DNA of 64,000 nt, from positions 124,001 to 188,000 of the forward strand of contig CP060766.1 of NCBI GenBank assembly GCA_023205875.1. The letters are read 5' to 3'. Of the stretch, positions 36,283 to 46,773 are shown one piece after another. The position numbers and the translations under genes were made by a program. Origin of the DNA: Chloropicon primus. Lineage: Eukaryota. Below the pieces are notes generated by a model. The model did no database searches and was not told the DNA's origin. It saw only the letters and a list, made by a program, of their open reading frames with translations. The first letter of the stretch is position 1. Every line of letters starts with the position of its first letter.

Positions 36283-37959
36283 ATGTTTAAGAGGAACGTG
36301 ACGGTGGTGAACAGCCACCAGCTGAGCGGGAAGGACGTGAAGAAGCTGTCGAAGTCTATCGTAGCGGAGTTCCCTTCGCTGGAGAAGAGCGTGAAGGAAA
36401 TAATTCCATCGAAGACGGAGGTTGTGATCACCAAGTTCAGCAATAAATGCAGTGCGTTCTCGTGCGGAGGGAATCCCGTGTTCTTCGAGTACGAGCAGAG
36501 GTTGTATCCGACGGTGTACACGATGTGGCAGTATCCGAACCTGGTTCCTACGCTGTTCACGCACTCGGAAGTATCGCCGAAGATCGTTGGAGGTGCGGAC
36601 CTCATGCTTCCTGGTGTGATAGTGCCAGAGGAGGGCCTCGGAGAGTTCGCAGTGGATGACAGGAGCACGATAAGCATACCGGAGAACAAGTTCCCATTCG
36701 CGGTTGGGTACATGCAGACGGATAGCGAGACGATAAAGGAGAACGGGCTGAAGGGTCGAGGAGTGAAGCTGCTGCATCACTATCCGGACGTCCTCTGGGC
36801 ACTTGGGAGCAAAACACAGCCGAACGAGGGCTTCAAGAGGGACAGGATCTACCCCTTCGAGGAGGAGAGTGAGGGGGTTGTACCTGGCGAGGGGACCGAG
36901 GAGGAGGTCACGAGCAAGATCGAGGGCTTGGACGTTTCGGGCAAGGGGAGTGGCGGCGAGGCGGCGAAGAACCACGGCGCGAGCATGGATGAGCTGGTGG
37001 ATACGTGCTTCTTGAAGGCGCTTCACCTCAAGTTGCGGGACCAGGACTTGCCCATGGACTGCGGTGCGTTTTACAGCCAGTGCATGCTGCCTTGCCGACC
37101 CAGGGGCACGGAGATTGAGATAAGGAAGACGAGCTACAAGAAGTTGTCCAAACTGATAAAGAAGATGGAGAAGCGGGGCCTGATCAGCGTGAAGCAGTCC
37201 AAGAAGGAGGACCGCATCACCGCGGTAAACAGGGAGCACGAGGTGTACAAACTCTTCGGGGACGAGCTTGCGGACATGGAATCGGAGGAGTCCGAGCCCG
37301 CGCCTCCCGCTGCCAAGGGGAAACAGACGGAGGCCAAACAAATCGAAGTTCACGAAGTTTTCAGGGCCGTTTCGAACTTGAGGCCCGTTCTCGGGGAAGA
37401 GGCCGTCCGAAACAAAGAGATGCTCTTCTCCGCGGAGGAGGTCCGCGGTGCGCTCGTGTTGTATTCGAGGACGGAGAAACTCTTCGGCGAAGGCGGCGAC
37501 GAGTCCGTCATGATGCTGAACAAGGTTCTCAAGAGCGGCTTGTACGGGAAGAAGGAGGGGGTGGAAGTCGGCAGCAAGGTCGAGTTATCTGACGTGTACA
37601 AGCGCCTGATGTCGAAAATGCAGACCTACCACAAGGTCGTTTGCGATGGTGCGGAAGTTGTGAAGAAGGGGAAGATCAAGAACATCCACGTGACCGCCGA
37701 GGACCGCCACGCCGGCAGGAAGTTCATCACAAAAGTGTCTCAGCTCGAGTCGTTTTCCATCGATCCGGCCGATTTCGGAAACACCCTGCAGCGAAAGTAC
37801 AAGTGCTCGAGCACGGTCACCAAGCTCCCCGGCAAGAACGAGACGGGGAAAGAGGTCTCGTTCCAGGGAAACCTTCTGGAGGAGATCTGCAAGTACTTGG
37901 AGACCGACTGCGGCATCCACCCAAAGTACATCGAGAAGACTTCCAGGATGAAGCGGTGA
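36283..37959 (+). CDS. EIF2D: Translation initiation factor eIF2D / ligatin (PUA, SWIB, SUI1)
   Basis: LYPTVYTMW, GGADLMLPGV, G.KGRGV..LH.Y.D.LW, KTSYKKLSK and C-terminal SUI1 (K.IT.V..LE.F.IDP..F...LQ, QGN). Confidence 0.9.
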   Translation: MFKRNVTVVNSHQLSGKDVKKLSKSIVAEFPSLEKSVKEIIPSKTEVVITKFSNKCSAFSCGGNPVFFEYEQRLYPTVYTMWQYPNLVPTLFTHSEVSPKIVGGADLMLPGVIVPEEGLGEFAVDDRSTISIPENKFPFAVGYMQTDSETIKENGLKGRGVKLLHHYPDVLWALGSKTQPNEGFKRDRIYPFEEESEGVVPGEGTEEEVTSKIEGLDVSGKGSGGEAAKNHGASMDELVDTCFLKALHLKLRDQDLPMDCGAFYSQCMLPCRPRGTEIEIRKTSYKKLSKLIKKMEKRGLISVKQSKKEDRITAVNREHEVYKLFGDELADMESEESEPAPPAAKGKQTEAKQIEVHEVFRAVSNLRPVLGEEAVRNKEMLFSAEEVRGALVLYSRTEKLFGEGGDESVMMLNKVLKSGLYGKKEGVEVGSKVELSDVYKRLMSKMQTYHKVVCDGAEVVKKGKIKNIHVTAEDRHAGRKFITKVSQLESFSIDPADFGNTLQRKYKCSSTVTKLPGKNETGKEVSFQGNLLEEICKYLETDCGIHPKYIEKTSRMKR

Positions 37960-38044
37960 AAAAAGATTGTGTAATGTTACGATTATATATGTTAGCCCTT
38001 TCTCTTCTCCGCGGTGATCTCGCTTTCCAGCTCCCTGGCCCTGG

Positions 38045-38635
38045 CTACTCCTCTGCGGCCTGGGCTGCCTCTCTCTCGTCGACGTCCACGGGCAAGCCGT
38101 CGATCTTCTTCAAGTTTGGCAAGGTCTTGATCATCTGGATTCTGTACGCGGCGTTGTCCTCGTCGACGAAGGGGTTACCCTGGAACAAGACCTCCTCGAG
38201 CTCTGGGTTCGCTTGCAGCTTCTCGATCTCGGACCACTTTTCTATGAGGTTGTTGGACATGTAGAGCTTCTTGAGCTTCCTCGCCTTGTCCAGTCCACTC
38301 AGCTTCTCTATCAGGTTGTAGGAGATCCAAATCTCCTCTAGCGTGTCCGCCACGGCTTCTATGTTCTCGAACTTCTTGATCTGGTTCCTTCCCAGGCTGA
38401 GCACCTTGATGCTATCCAACCCAGCCAAGTTTGAGATGGCACCGATGCTGTTGGTGGAAAGAGCGAGGTGCCTGGTGGAAAGAGCGAAAGAGAGAGAGAG
38501 AAAAGGGGTCAGTCGACTGGCCACTTGGGCGACACCACACCCACGGAGGAGGCGGTCTGGACTTACTTGCAAGCCTTCAAGGTGCCAAGAGCGCTGTCCA
38601 GCTTGACTATGGGCGGCTCCTGACCGAACAGCTCA

Positions 38636-38677
<42 letters not shown>

Positions 38678-38935
38678 AGAGAGAGAGAGACAGAGACAGA
38701 GAGAGAGAGAGAGAGCGGACAACTTCCAGTCAGCACACTCGTCACAAACTCTTGCGGACGATACCAAGGCCAGAAGAGAGAGAGGGGGGGGGGAGAAGCG
38801 AGAGTTTCCTTTCCAAATGGGGTGCACTAGACCCCATTTAATCAAGTCCTTTACCTTTTCCGTCTCCGCTGCTTTGACGCCTTTCGTGGCCTCGAAATTC
38901 TTGATAGCATCCTTCAGGGCGGTCGCGGGCGCCAT
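38045..38935 (-). CDS. DNAL1: Outer-arm dynein light chain 1 (LRR)
   Basis: Exons 38935-38855, 38637-38567 and 38471-38045. MA.AT..KDAIK.FE, PPI.KLD..L.TLKACKHLALSTN.I, LSLGRN.IKK.EN..AVADTLEE.WISYN, L.K.DG.PVDVDERE.A. Confidence 0.93.
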
Positions 38936-39300
38936 GTTTCGCTGCTCTCGACTGCGGTGGTGGTCCCCGCACGTCGGTTCAACACAATTGTGTGGGCTCA
39001 CAATCCTTTAAAGGTGCTTTGACCCTAAAGGCTCCAAGGAGACATTGAGTTTGAGGCCCAAATCGTAGAGTGCCAGGTTACATCATAATTGTACCACTTT
39101 ACACTAGAACGTCACACACCGAATAGTGGGTAACGCCCTGATGTGCGTTACGTTGGGAGCGAGGGGAACGAGGGATGGCCGCGCGATGGGTTGTCCTCCT
39201 CCTTCAATACTCTCTCTCCGTTGGTGCGCGCGGGCGAGAAGAAGGTGGGCATTGGTTGGTTATTGAGCCCAGGTTGAGTACAGGAGGCATCGAGAACACG

Positions 39301-40077
39301 ATGGCACGTCGAGGTGTAGGGAACGTCGTCGCGGCGTTGGTCGTGGCGGGGCTTCTGGGCTGCGCGATGGCGGGGGAGGCCGCCGGTCAGGGCTCTGCGA
39401 ACGCGTTTGGGTTCTGGGCCAACACGCTGGGCAGCGGGAACATTCTCGAGGAGATCCTGGAGACGAAAGACGTTCTGCAGAAGCAGCTCAGTGCGACCAG
39501 GCAGACGATGCAGGAGCTGGCCGAGGCTCAGATGCACGCGATGCTCGAGAAGATTCAGAGCGGCGAGATCAACCTGGAGGACGACTACGTCGTGGTCCAG
39601 GAGTCGGAGGGCAACGGCACGGAGGAGAGCGCGCGCCGCGAGCTCGGGGAGTTCGGGTGGCAGCCGAGCCCCAACCCCATCAAGGCGTACTTGGAGGCCC
39701 CCCAGCCGTTGTACGGCGGGGACCTCGTCGAGGCCGCGGAGACCCTCTGGAGCTCGAAGGACGACTACCGGAGGTGCACCTTCTTCGGCGGCCAGGAGAT
39801 CTGCATCCCGGCCAGGAGGTACTTTATCAGGAAGTCTGTGGGCTTCGCGTGCGACCTGCAGCTGAAGAAGTCGGTCATCTCCCCCGTGGACTTCTTCTCT
39901 TGCGGCAGGCCCGGCGTGTCCACGGCGCTTTGCCTGGAGTGGCCCATCGAGATCAAGGCAGGATCCTTCGTGATTCCCTTGACCGTGCCAATCTGCTTGC
40001 CGGACTCGAGGGCCGTGGAAGCTTCCCTCAAGATTTTGGGCGGAGACCTGTTGGCTGCTGTGAACCTGTTTGTTTAA
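39301..40077 (+). CDS. Secreted protein with helical pro-region, RREL site and Cys-containing C-terminal domain
   Basis: Signal peptide from ATG 39301; SARRELG; six Cys in the C-terminal half. Confidence 0.7.
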   Translation: MARRGVGNVVAALVVAGLLGCAMAGEAAGQGSANAFGFWANTLGSGNILEEILETKDVLQKQLSATRQTMQELAEAQMHAMLEKIQSGEINLEDDYVVVQESEGNGTEESARRELGEFGWQPSPNPIKAYLEAPQPLYGGDLVEAAETLWSSKDDYRRCTFFGGQEICIPARRYFIRKSVGFACDLQLKKSVISPVDFFSCGRPGVSTALCLEWPIEIKAGSFVIPLTVPICLPDSRAVEASLKILGGDLLAAVNLFV

Positions 40078-40224
40078 TTCGTGCGACGGACGGACGACCC
40101 GTCGCAATAATATGTATTTGTTCTAACCCATATATGAACTCAAGCTACATTGCGCGCTCTTGTGTGTTACTCTTTTTGTTTGCCCGCGGGGTCCGAACGC
40201 TCGCCCCCCCCCCCCTTGCCCCCC

Positions 40225-41258
40225 CTAGTATCGCCTGTAACCATCTCTGTAGCCACCTCCGCCCCCACTTCGGTAGGACCTGCCCCCACTGCCTCGATAC
40301 GGTGCCCTGTGCCCTCCTCCGTAAGGAGCGCCTCCCGTCCTAAGGTTTTTTTTGAGTGCGACGAAAAAACAAGTTCAAGGGTTCAAAGTTAGCATCCTTC
40401 TCCCTCAAAACTGCGGCCTGATGGAGTTCTCTTGGGGGTGAGACATGTCGGGCGAATTAAGACTGATAGCAGTATTGTTTGAACGTGCTTCAGGTGAACA
40501 TCTCCAAAAAGCTTCGCTGTCTGCAGAGTGACTGCCCTTGCCTCGCATGATTTGCATATTTTGCGAACCACTCACAAGTCAATGCAAGCAAAGGAAGGGT
40601 AATTTTACTCTGCAACGAGTTATACCACGAACGAAAAAGGGACTCACCTTGCCATCGGCCTCCCGCTCCCTTGGGAAGGGCCTCCAGCGCTCTGGCCGTA
40701 TCCGCCCTGGCCGTAACCGCCCTTGCTCGCTTGTGGCTGCTGCTGCTGCTGGTGTTGGAAGGCCGCGACGACCTTCTTGCCGTTCATTTCTCGCCCGTTG
40801 AGTTTCTCCTGGCAGGCCTTTGCTCCCTCCTCGTCCACAAAAGTAACGAGAACGTACCCCTTCGACTTGCCGTTGACCTTGTCCTCGTAGAACCTCATGC
40901 TGTCGATCCTTCCAAACTCCTTGCACGCGTTCTCCACCTCCACGTCCGTAGTCCACCACTGCAAGTTCCCCAAATAAACCGAAAGGCTGCCCCCTTGCTT
41001 GTCACTCGCCGGGGTCCCACCACGGTTCGCTACCTTTGAGGGCTGGGAAGACGGCGAGGCCGTCGGTTGATACTTTTGGTACACGTGCTCCAAGCTGCTT
41101 TGCTTCGCACTGGTGTCAGGTTCAGGTGCAACGGAGGCACCTGGCTCGCCCACTGACCTACTGCCGTTGTGCCCACCGTCTTCCCCTTCTCCGAGTCCAC
41201 CGACGTCGCCGTAGAGCGCGTCAAGGTCGTCCCCTTCTCCTCCTCCTCCCCTTCCCAT
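40225..41258 (-). CDS. RRM protein, CPSF6/CPSF7 (CFIm68)-like
   Basis: Exons 41258-40648 and 40339-40225. DLDALYGDV, VYLGNLQWWTTD, FYEDKVNGKSKGY; G/Y/R-rich tail. Confidence 0.82.
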
Positions 41259-41605
41259 GACGCAGCAAGAAAGCTTCTCCCTCGTGTCTGCTCACAAGAA
41301 CCCAAACCATGCACACCACACAGAAGAGAGAGAGAGTGAGTGAGTGATCGAACGCGTTCCTTTCTTCAGTATTCCACATCCTCCACCGAGGGGTCGAAAG
41401 AAAGGCAAAGGACGACGCTCTCGTCCACCGCGTCCCCCTCATCCCTCGCCTCCGTCCTCCCTTACCTTGTAAAGCTCCAACCCTCTGCGAGTTTCCAAAA
41501 CGTGACGAGCAAAAACGAAGAGTGCGAAGCGAAGCGAAAGAGACAAAGTATACGACAAGAATCAAAAACACTCTACGTAGAGGAGAGGAGACCCAGGACA
41601 CACAA

Positions 41606-41646
<41 letters not shown>

Positions 41647-41827
41647 TCTCCCTTGGCTTAGGTTTTCCTCGCCGTCCTCGGGCGCCGACGCTTTCGAGGA
41701 AGTGATCCCTCAGCAGACGCGACGCGATCGCGATCGCGATCGATATCGGTCGAGAGGAAGGACAGGACGTGCGATCGCGATCGATCGGTGGCGACGAGGA
41801 GGAAGTGCACCGATCGGTAGGAATAGG

Positions 41828-41951
41828 GATAGGGATCCTCTCGCTCTTTCCGTGGATACCCAACAACGCTTTAGTTTCGTTCGAGAGGCGCGGGACGAGG
41901 GGGATCACTCGATTCAGGCATCCAACGTGTTGGTGCGAGTCCAAGGCACAC

Positions 41952-42005
<54 letters not shown>

Positions 42006-42120
42006 GACGCGGAGGCGGTTGGAGGTGATTAAGTGCGGATTCACAAGGACGCCGATCGAGATAGGATTCCTCTCGCTCTTTCCTTGGATCAACAACAAAG
42101 CTTTGGTTTCGTTCGAGAGG
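41828..42120. repeat. Imperfect ~60-bp direct repeat in the divergent promoter upstream of NDUFAF6
   Basis: GATAGG(G)AT(T)CCTCTCGCTCTTTCC.TGGAT...CAAC/AGCTTT.GTTTCGTTCGAGAGG at ~41828 and ~42060. Confidence 0.8.
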
Positions 42121-42175
42121 CTGCTGCGTCTGCGTCACTCACTGGTGAGAGGGAGAGAGAGAAGGGGGTGTTGTG

Positions 42176-43051
42176 ATGTCCGCCACGACGCGACTGAGGT
42201 TGGCCAAGTGCATCGACGTGGTGAGGAATCACGACTCGTGGCACTTTCTATGCACGACGTTGCTCCGTCCTGAGCATCGGCCACGGGCTTTTGTGTACTA
42301 TGCCCTGAATGCGGAGCTCGAGCAGGTGGCGGACAAGTCGAAAAAGGCTCACTTTGCTTCTCTCAAGTACAAGTGGTGGGTGGATGCGATCGATAAGGTG
42401 AACAACGAGAGCAGGAGCGTGCCGAATCACCCCGTGGTATCGTCGCTGCCGGAGCTGGTGGGGGGCTCGAGAACCTGCAAGTTCTTTCTGTCCAAGCTGG
42501 TCCAGAGCAAACTGGAGAAAGTAGAGAAACCTCTGCGGGTTGTCAAGACACTGGAAACGTTGGAGGAGAACATGGAGGGGTCCTACTCGTCCATGTACTA
42601 CCTTCTTCTCGAGTCAAGCAAAGTCGAAGACCTGGATTGCCTCCAGGCCGCCTCCCACATGGGAAAGGGAGTCGGGTTGAGCCTGCTGCTCAAGTCGATA
42701 GCCCACGACGCCATGAACGACAAGGTTTACCTCCCAACTGATTTGTGCCTCAAGAGCAAAGTGGACTACGGGAGGGTCACGGGAGGGTACAATTCCGACG
42801 AGCTCTCTGATGTTGTGTTCCAGGTGGCTTCGAGGGCGAAAACGCACTTGGACGAGGCGCGAAGAATGCACCAGACCCTGCCCAGAGACCTGAGACCCTT
42901 CCTCCTTCCGTGCATTCCGGCATTGAGGTACTTGGAAAGGCTTGAGCGCGCAGGCTTCGCGCCGTTCACTCCGGACCTCCACGACAACGCCTTGTCCGAT
43001 CTCAGACTCAAAGTGAACTTGGCTTGGAGCAACTTTGCGGGTAAAATCTGA
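42176..43051 (+). CDS. NDUFAF6: Complex I assembly factor 6 (squalene/phytoene synthase fold)
   Basis: C.D.VR.HD, YALNAEL..V.D, WW.DAI, PNHPV, ASH.GK..G...LL, V..VAS.A..HL..AR. Confidence 0.85.
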   Translation: MSATTRLRLAKCIDVVRNHDSWHFLCTTLLRPEHRPRAFVYYALNAELEQVADKSKKAHFASLKYKWWVDAIDKVNNESRSVPNHPVVSSLPELVGGSRTCKFFLSKLVQSKLEKVEKPLRVVKTLETLEENMEGSYSSMYYLLLESSKVEDLDCLQAASHMGKGVGLSLLLKSIAHDAMNDKVYLPTDLCLKSKVDYGRVTGGYNSDELSDVVFQVASRAKTHLDEARRMHQTLPRDLRPFLLPCIPALRYLERLERAGFAPFTPDLHDNALSDLRLKVNLAWSNFAGKI

Positions 43052-43191
43052 CTTTCAGAGAGCGTGGGGCTGGGATTGGTGGGGCCTTGGCCCCGTTATT
43101 ATTATTATGATTATGATTCGTATCTGTACTTTACATGTAAGCGTATTCCAAACAATTCTTTCCTCCGACTTCGACCTTGCGGGGTGTTAGG

Positions 43192-44553
43192 TTACATCGC
43201 GACCGACCGCGGCGAGACTTCCTTGAGTATGTTTCCCACTGGATGGGTGCCACTCGGCTTAAGCAGACTCAGGTATCCAATCGCCAAGCCATCGTAAGAC
43301 GCGCAGGACTCCGGGAGGAGGAGAGAGGTGCTGCTCTTCAAGTTCTCCGCCAGGTCCGATCCGACGGTGGGAGGCACCGTGATGCGCTTTGCCTCGCTGG
43401 ACAGAGCCCAATCATCGCACTGCTCGAGATAAGCGACGTCGTCGCGAGACTCCGACGTCCCTTGGATGATTTTGTACAACACCTTCATGCACGGTCCAGC
43501 CCACCTGGAACCGTCGCCTCCCCCTGCGCACTTTGTGTTGGCGCCTTGGTGATCCTCGGCACCACCACCGCTGTGTTCGATCTGCGCGTGGCCCAGCAGC
43601 ACCTTGGGGTTCAAAATAACGAGCTGGATTACGGTGAAGGTTCCCTCTTCACTCTCTTGCGCAATCCTCACCTGGTACTTCATGCTCTGTCCTGATTGGC
43701 AGGCTTGGACCAGGTCTTGGACAAGGGAATTGCAGGGAGTGTACGACTCGAAAACTGGGAGCTCTCTCACCGCGTCGTCGTCGACGTCGCCTTCTGTGAC
43801 TTGTACCTTGACGGCATATTTGAAGAGAGTGACCGCTTGCAAAGCACTGTCGTGGTTCGATTGCCATGGAGCGACCACCCCTAGCGGGTGTCCACACGCC
43901 TGGCAATTCACGTCCACGGGGCCTGGGACGCCTGGGACGTTCTCCGAGGGCTTCAAGAGGTCAGCCACGCTCAGGACACAGACCGTCTCTCCCAAAAGAC
44001 ACGTCCCCTTCGCTGGTCTTATGCTTTCCTCCACCTGCTCGAGGTAAAGCAGGGCATTCTCGACGCCGGAGCACGCGCAGAACCACTGCTCGGCGCTGTC
44101 CATCCAGCTGGCGTGCGGAAGCCGCGCCGTTTCATCGAAACTGCAAGTGCAAGGAGCACCACACCTGGAGCAAATTAATCTTCCACCGCACCTCTTGAGA
44201 GCCTCCTGCTCCTCCGCGAGGCGCGTCTCCACCCCCGACTCCTCCTCCTCGCGCACCACCCGAGCCTTCACCCCGCAGTACCCCTCCCCCCGCGCCGTCG
44301 AGGACTCTGCTACCTCAAAGCCTCGTACCTGGATCACTTTTGTGCTCGTTCGAGCGCCTCCCAACTCGGACAGGACAACTTCAATGCAGAAGCTGCTCTC
44401 TTCTTGGTCGACGGAGGACGAAGCGAGGTCGCCATCACGGCGGTGGACCCCTCGCACGGATTCGATCCTCTCCTCGTTCCCCTCGCTCGAAGGGAAGACC
44501 GTCGCCCTCAAGCTTCCGATACCCGAAAGGTACTCGGCGACGATGGTCACCAT
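43192..44553 (-). CDS. HECT-like E2-binding protein (UBE3D/Ipa1 family)
   Basis: ATG at 44553. AEYL..I, C..CG, LP...W....E.WFC, C..C...LG, LFKY. Confidence 0.72.
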   Translation of the reverse strand: MVTIVAEYLSGIGSLRATVFPSSEGNEERIESVRGVHRRDGDLASSSVDQEESSFCIEVVLSELGGARTSTKVIQVRGFEVAESSTARGEGYCGVKARVVREEEESGVETRLAEEQEALKRCGGRLICSRCGAPCTCSFDETARLPHASWMDSAEQWFCACSGVENALLYLEQVEESIRPAKGTCLLGETVCVLSVADLLKPSENVPGVPGPVDVNCQACGHPLGVVAPWQSNHDSALQAVTLFKYAVKVQVTEGDVDDDAVRELPVFESYTPCNSLVQDLVQACQSGQSMKYQVRIAQESEEGTFTVIQLVILNPKVLLGHAQIEHSGGGAEDHQGANTKCAGGGDGSRWAGPCMKVLYKIIQGTSESRDDVAYLEQCDDWALSSEAKRITVPPTVGSDLAENLKSSTSLLLPESCASYDGLAIGYLSLLKPSGTHPVGNILKEVSPRSVAM

Positions 44554-44696
44554 CTTCTGCTGGAGGACAGAGGGAGGACAGAGGAAGGGGAGGATGGGAG
44601 GAGAGGAGGGTGTCCTGGGTGCATAGCATGTAATGGGACCTATGAATGCCTTACTATAAATAATGTATAACACCTTGCTGTTTGTTGCTGTTTTGT

Positions 44697-45902
44697 CTAT
44701 CGCTCTGGCAACGGCTTCTGCTGTATTCGCACGTTCCAGTGAAGTTTTTCGATGATGCTGTCAAACCAGTCGTGGTCGTGGGGGGCGGCGTGGATCACGG
44801 GGAGAGGGAACTTGCTTGTCTCCACGATGACGCTCTCACCGTGCTTCAGCACCTCCATCTTGTGTCCATCGAAAATGGCTCGGCCGTCCGTCCGCGCTGT
44901 GCTCGGGATGGACACCTCGATTTTCGAGGATTCTGGGATGATCACGGGCCTGAACGAAAGGGTCGAGGGGGCGATGGGGGTCAGAAGCATGCAGGGCACG
45001 CTCGGGGCAACCATGGCGCCGCCAACGGCGAGGTTGTACCCCGTCGAACCGCTCGGGGTGCTGATGATCAGCCCGTCGCCCTGGACGGTCGTCACCGGCT
45101 GGCCGTCCACCAGCAGGTCCATCTTCCCAAGCCCAGGGCTCTGGCCCTTATCGATCACGCACTCGTTCAAGCAGCTGTAGATGGGCTTCACGGTTCCCTC
45201 CCTGGTCTTCACCATGCAAGACAGCCTCGTCCTCAACGTGGTGTACACCTCTTTCCCCTCGCAGGCCTCCACGACTTGCCCCAGAATTTCCTTGTACCTC
45301 TCGGCCTTGAAGTTCGTCATGAATCCCAGGGAACCCATTCCGAAGGAAACGCAGGGCGGCAGGGGCCTCAAGTCGTTCCCGCTTGACCTGTAGTACTCGT
45401 TCTCCCCGAGAAGGTCGGCAAAGTGGAGGAGAGTCCCGTCTCCCCCGGCAACGACGCCGAAATCGATGTCCACCGAAGTGTCTTGGGGCCTCCACTGCTT
45501 GCACTCGCTCGGGAACTCTTGCGTGGCCTTTGCCTCCGGCTCGATGTACACGTCGAGGCCCTTGTCCAGGAGCCACGACGCCATCTCCCTGGATTTCGCG
45601 GACACTTCCGCGTCGCCGATTTTCTTCACGAAGAGCACCTTCCTCGGCGGTTTCTCCCACCGAAAGGCCGCCCTCCTCCGCAGCTTGAGCTTCACCTCGT
45701 CCATCCACTGCAGCCTGGCGTTTCTTATCATCGATCCCAGCGGGCACGTGCCCGAAGTCTCGCTCGAAGTCTTGCTCTCGCCCCCCGTCGGCGGTGCTGC
45801 CGCCGTGGAGAGCCCTCTCCACGCGGGGGCCGCGCCCACCCAAGGCCCCGGGGGTCTGGCGGTGCACCGCACCAGCCTCGAAATCAGGGCAGCAACAGCC
45901 AT
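44697..45902 (-). CDS. NAD(H) kinase with organellar presequence
   Basis: GGDGT, GSLGF, LNE, QGDGLIISTP.GST.Y.L.VGG, KLHWN.R..Q. Confidence 0.92.
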   Translation of the reverse strand: MAVAALISRLVRCTARPPGPWVGAAPAWRGLSTAAAPPTGGESKTSSETSGTCPLGSMIRNARLQWMDEVKLKLRRRAAFRWEKPPRKVLFVKKIGDAEVSAKSREMASWLLDKGLDVYIEPEAKATQEFPSECKQWRPQDTSVDIDFGVVAGGDGTLLHFADLLGENEYYRSSGNDLRPLPPCVSFGMGSLGFMTNFKAERYKEILGQVVEACEGKEVYTTLRTRLSCMVKTREGTVKPIYSCLNECVIDKGQSPGLGKMDLLVDGQPVTTVQGDGLIISTPSGSTGYNLAVGGAMVAPSVPCMLLTPIAPSTLSFRPVIIPESSKIEVSIPSTARTDGRAIFDGHKMEVLKHGESVIVETSKFPLPVIHAAPHDHDWFDSIIEKLHWNVRIQQKPLPER

Positions 45903-46414
45903 CCGTGGGCCTCTCTCCGTCCAAATGCTCGCGCGACGAGGAGTCCGCCGCTAAAGGAGTCCGCTTCAACGCTTTTTTGGCGAGGTGCAGGCGTCGTCCT
46001 CGTGTTGTGCTCCGTTCAGTTGTTCCTCGAAATCCTACTGAAGGGCATCCATCGAAAGAGATTGAGACAAAGAGTATTCATTCCGACCGCTCGCTCCCGT
46101 CTCCCTCACTCCCCGACCTCTGCCCGTCCACCCCCCCCAGGTGGACGCCAGGCCCTTCCTCCAGTGGCCGTCCTTCAAATCGAAGCCAAACCCCTCGACC
46201 GACCCCTCGTTCGAAAGACACGAGAGAGAGAGAGGGAGAGAGTAGTCACGAGATGACGACGGCGACAACCTCTGGGCTCCCTCACACCTTCTCTCCTCTC
46301 GCCTCCACTCGTCCCTTGGTCCCAAAGTCGATGCGATGACCCACTTCCTCGACCACTCCAAGCGTCAAATGGGTCAATCAAGGTATCGTCGGAAAGATCG
46401 CGAGACGTAGGTTC

Positions 46415-46482
46415 GTCCACAGCCACCGTATCAGCCCGTCCACAGCCACCGTATCAGCCCGTCAACAGCCACAACGGCGTCC
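46415..46482. repeat. 23-bp tandem repeat (GTCCACAGCCACCGTATCAGCCC) x~2.5
   Basis: Directly visible in the divergent intergenic region. Confidence 0.85.
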
Positions 46483-46773
46483 GCCTCTCTCTCTCAAGAC
46501 CTTGATCGATCGCGATCAATTCGTCTTTTTAGATATTTTCGATCGAGCAAAAACGTTAAGACTTTCCGATCGCAGTTTTCGACGACGATCGTGATCGTGA
46601 TCGGAGGTGCGCGGGCGTGTTGAGTACGACGCGTGCGTAGGAAGCGACGGAGCTCGACGCAGGTCGAAAGCGCTTCTCACGAGCTTTCCATTGACCCCTT
46701 GGTTGACCGGTGCTTGTTGCTGGCTCGGTGACTGTCTCCTCTCGTGTGATCAGCAGCAGCAGCAGGAGCGAGG

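Noticed and set aside
39001..39150. AT-richer intergenic stretch checked for a tRNA or snoRNA
   Set aside because: No cloverleaf, A/B boxes or convincing C/D box pairing that I can support.
40225..44553. Proximity of two mRNA 3'-processing-related genes (CPSF6-like and UBE3D/Ipa1-like)
   Set aside because: Separated by NDUFAF6 in a gene-dense genome; chance adjacency is sufficient.
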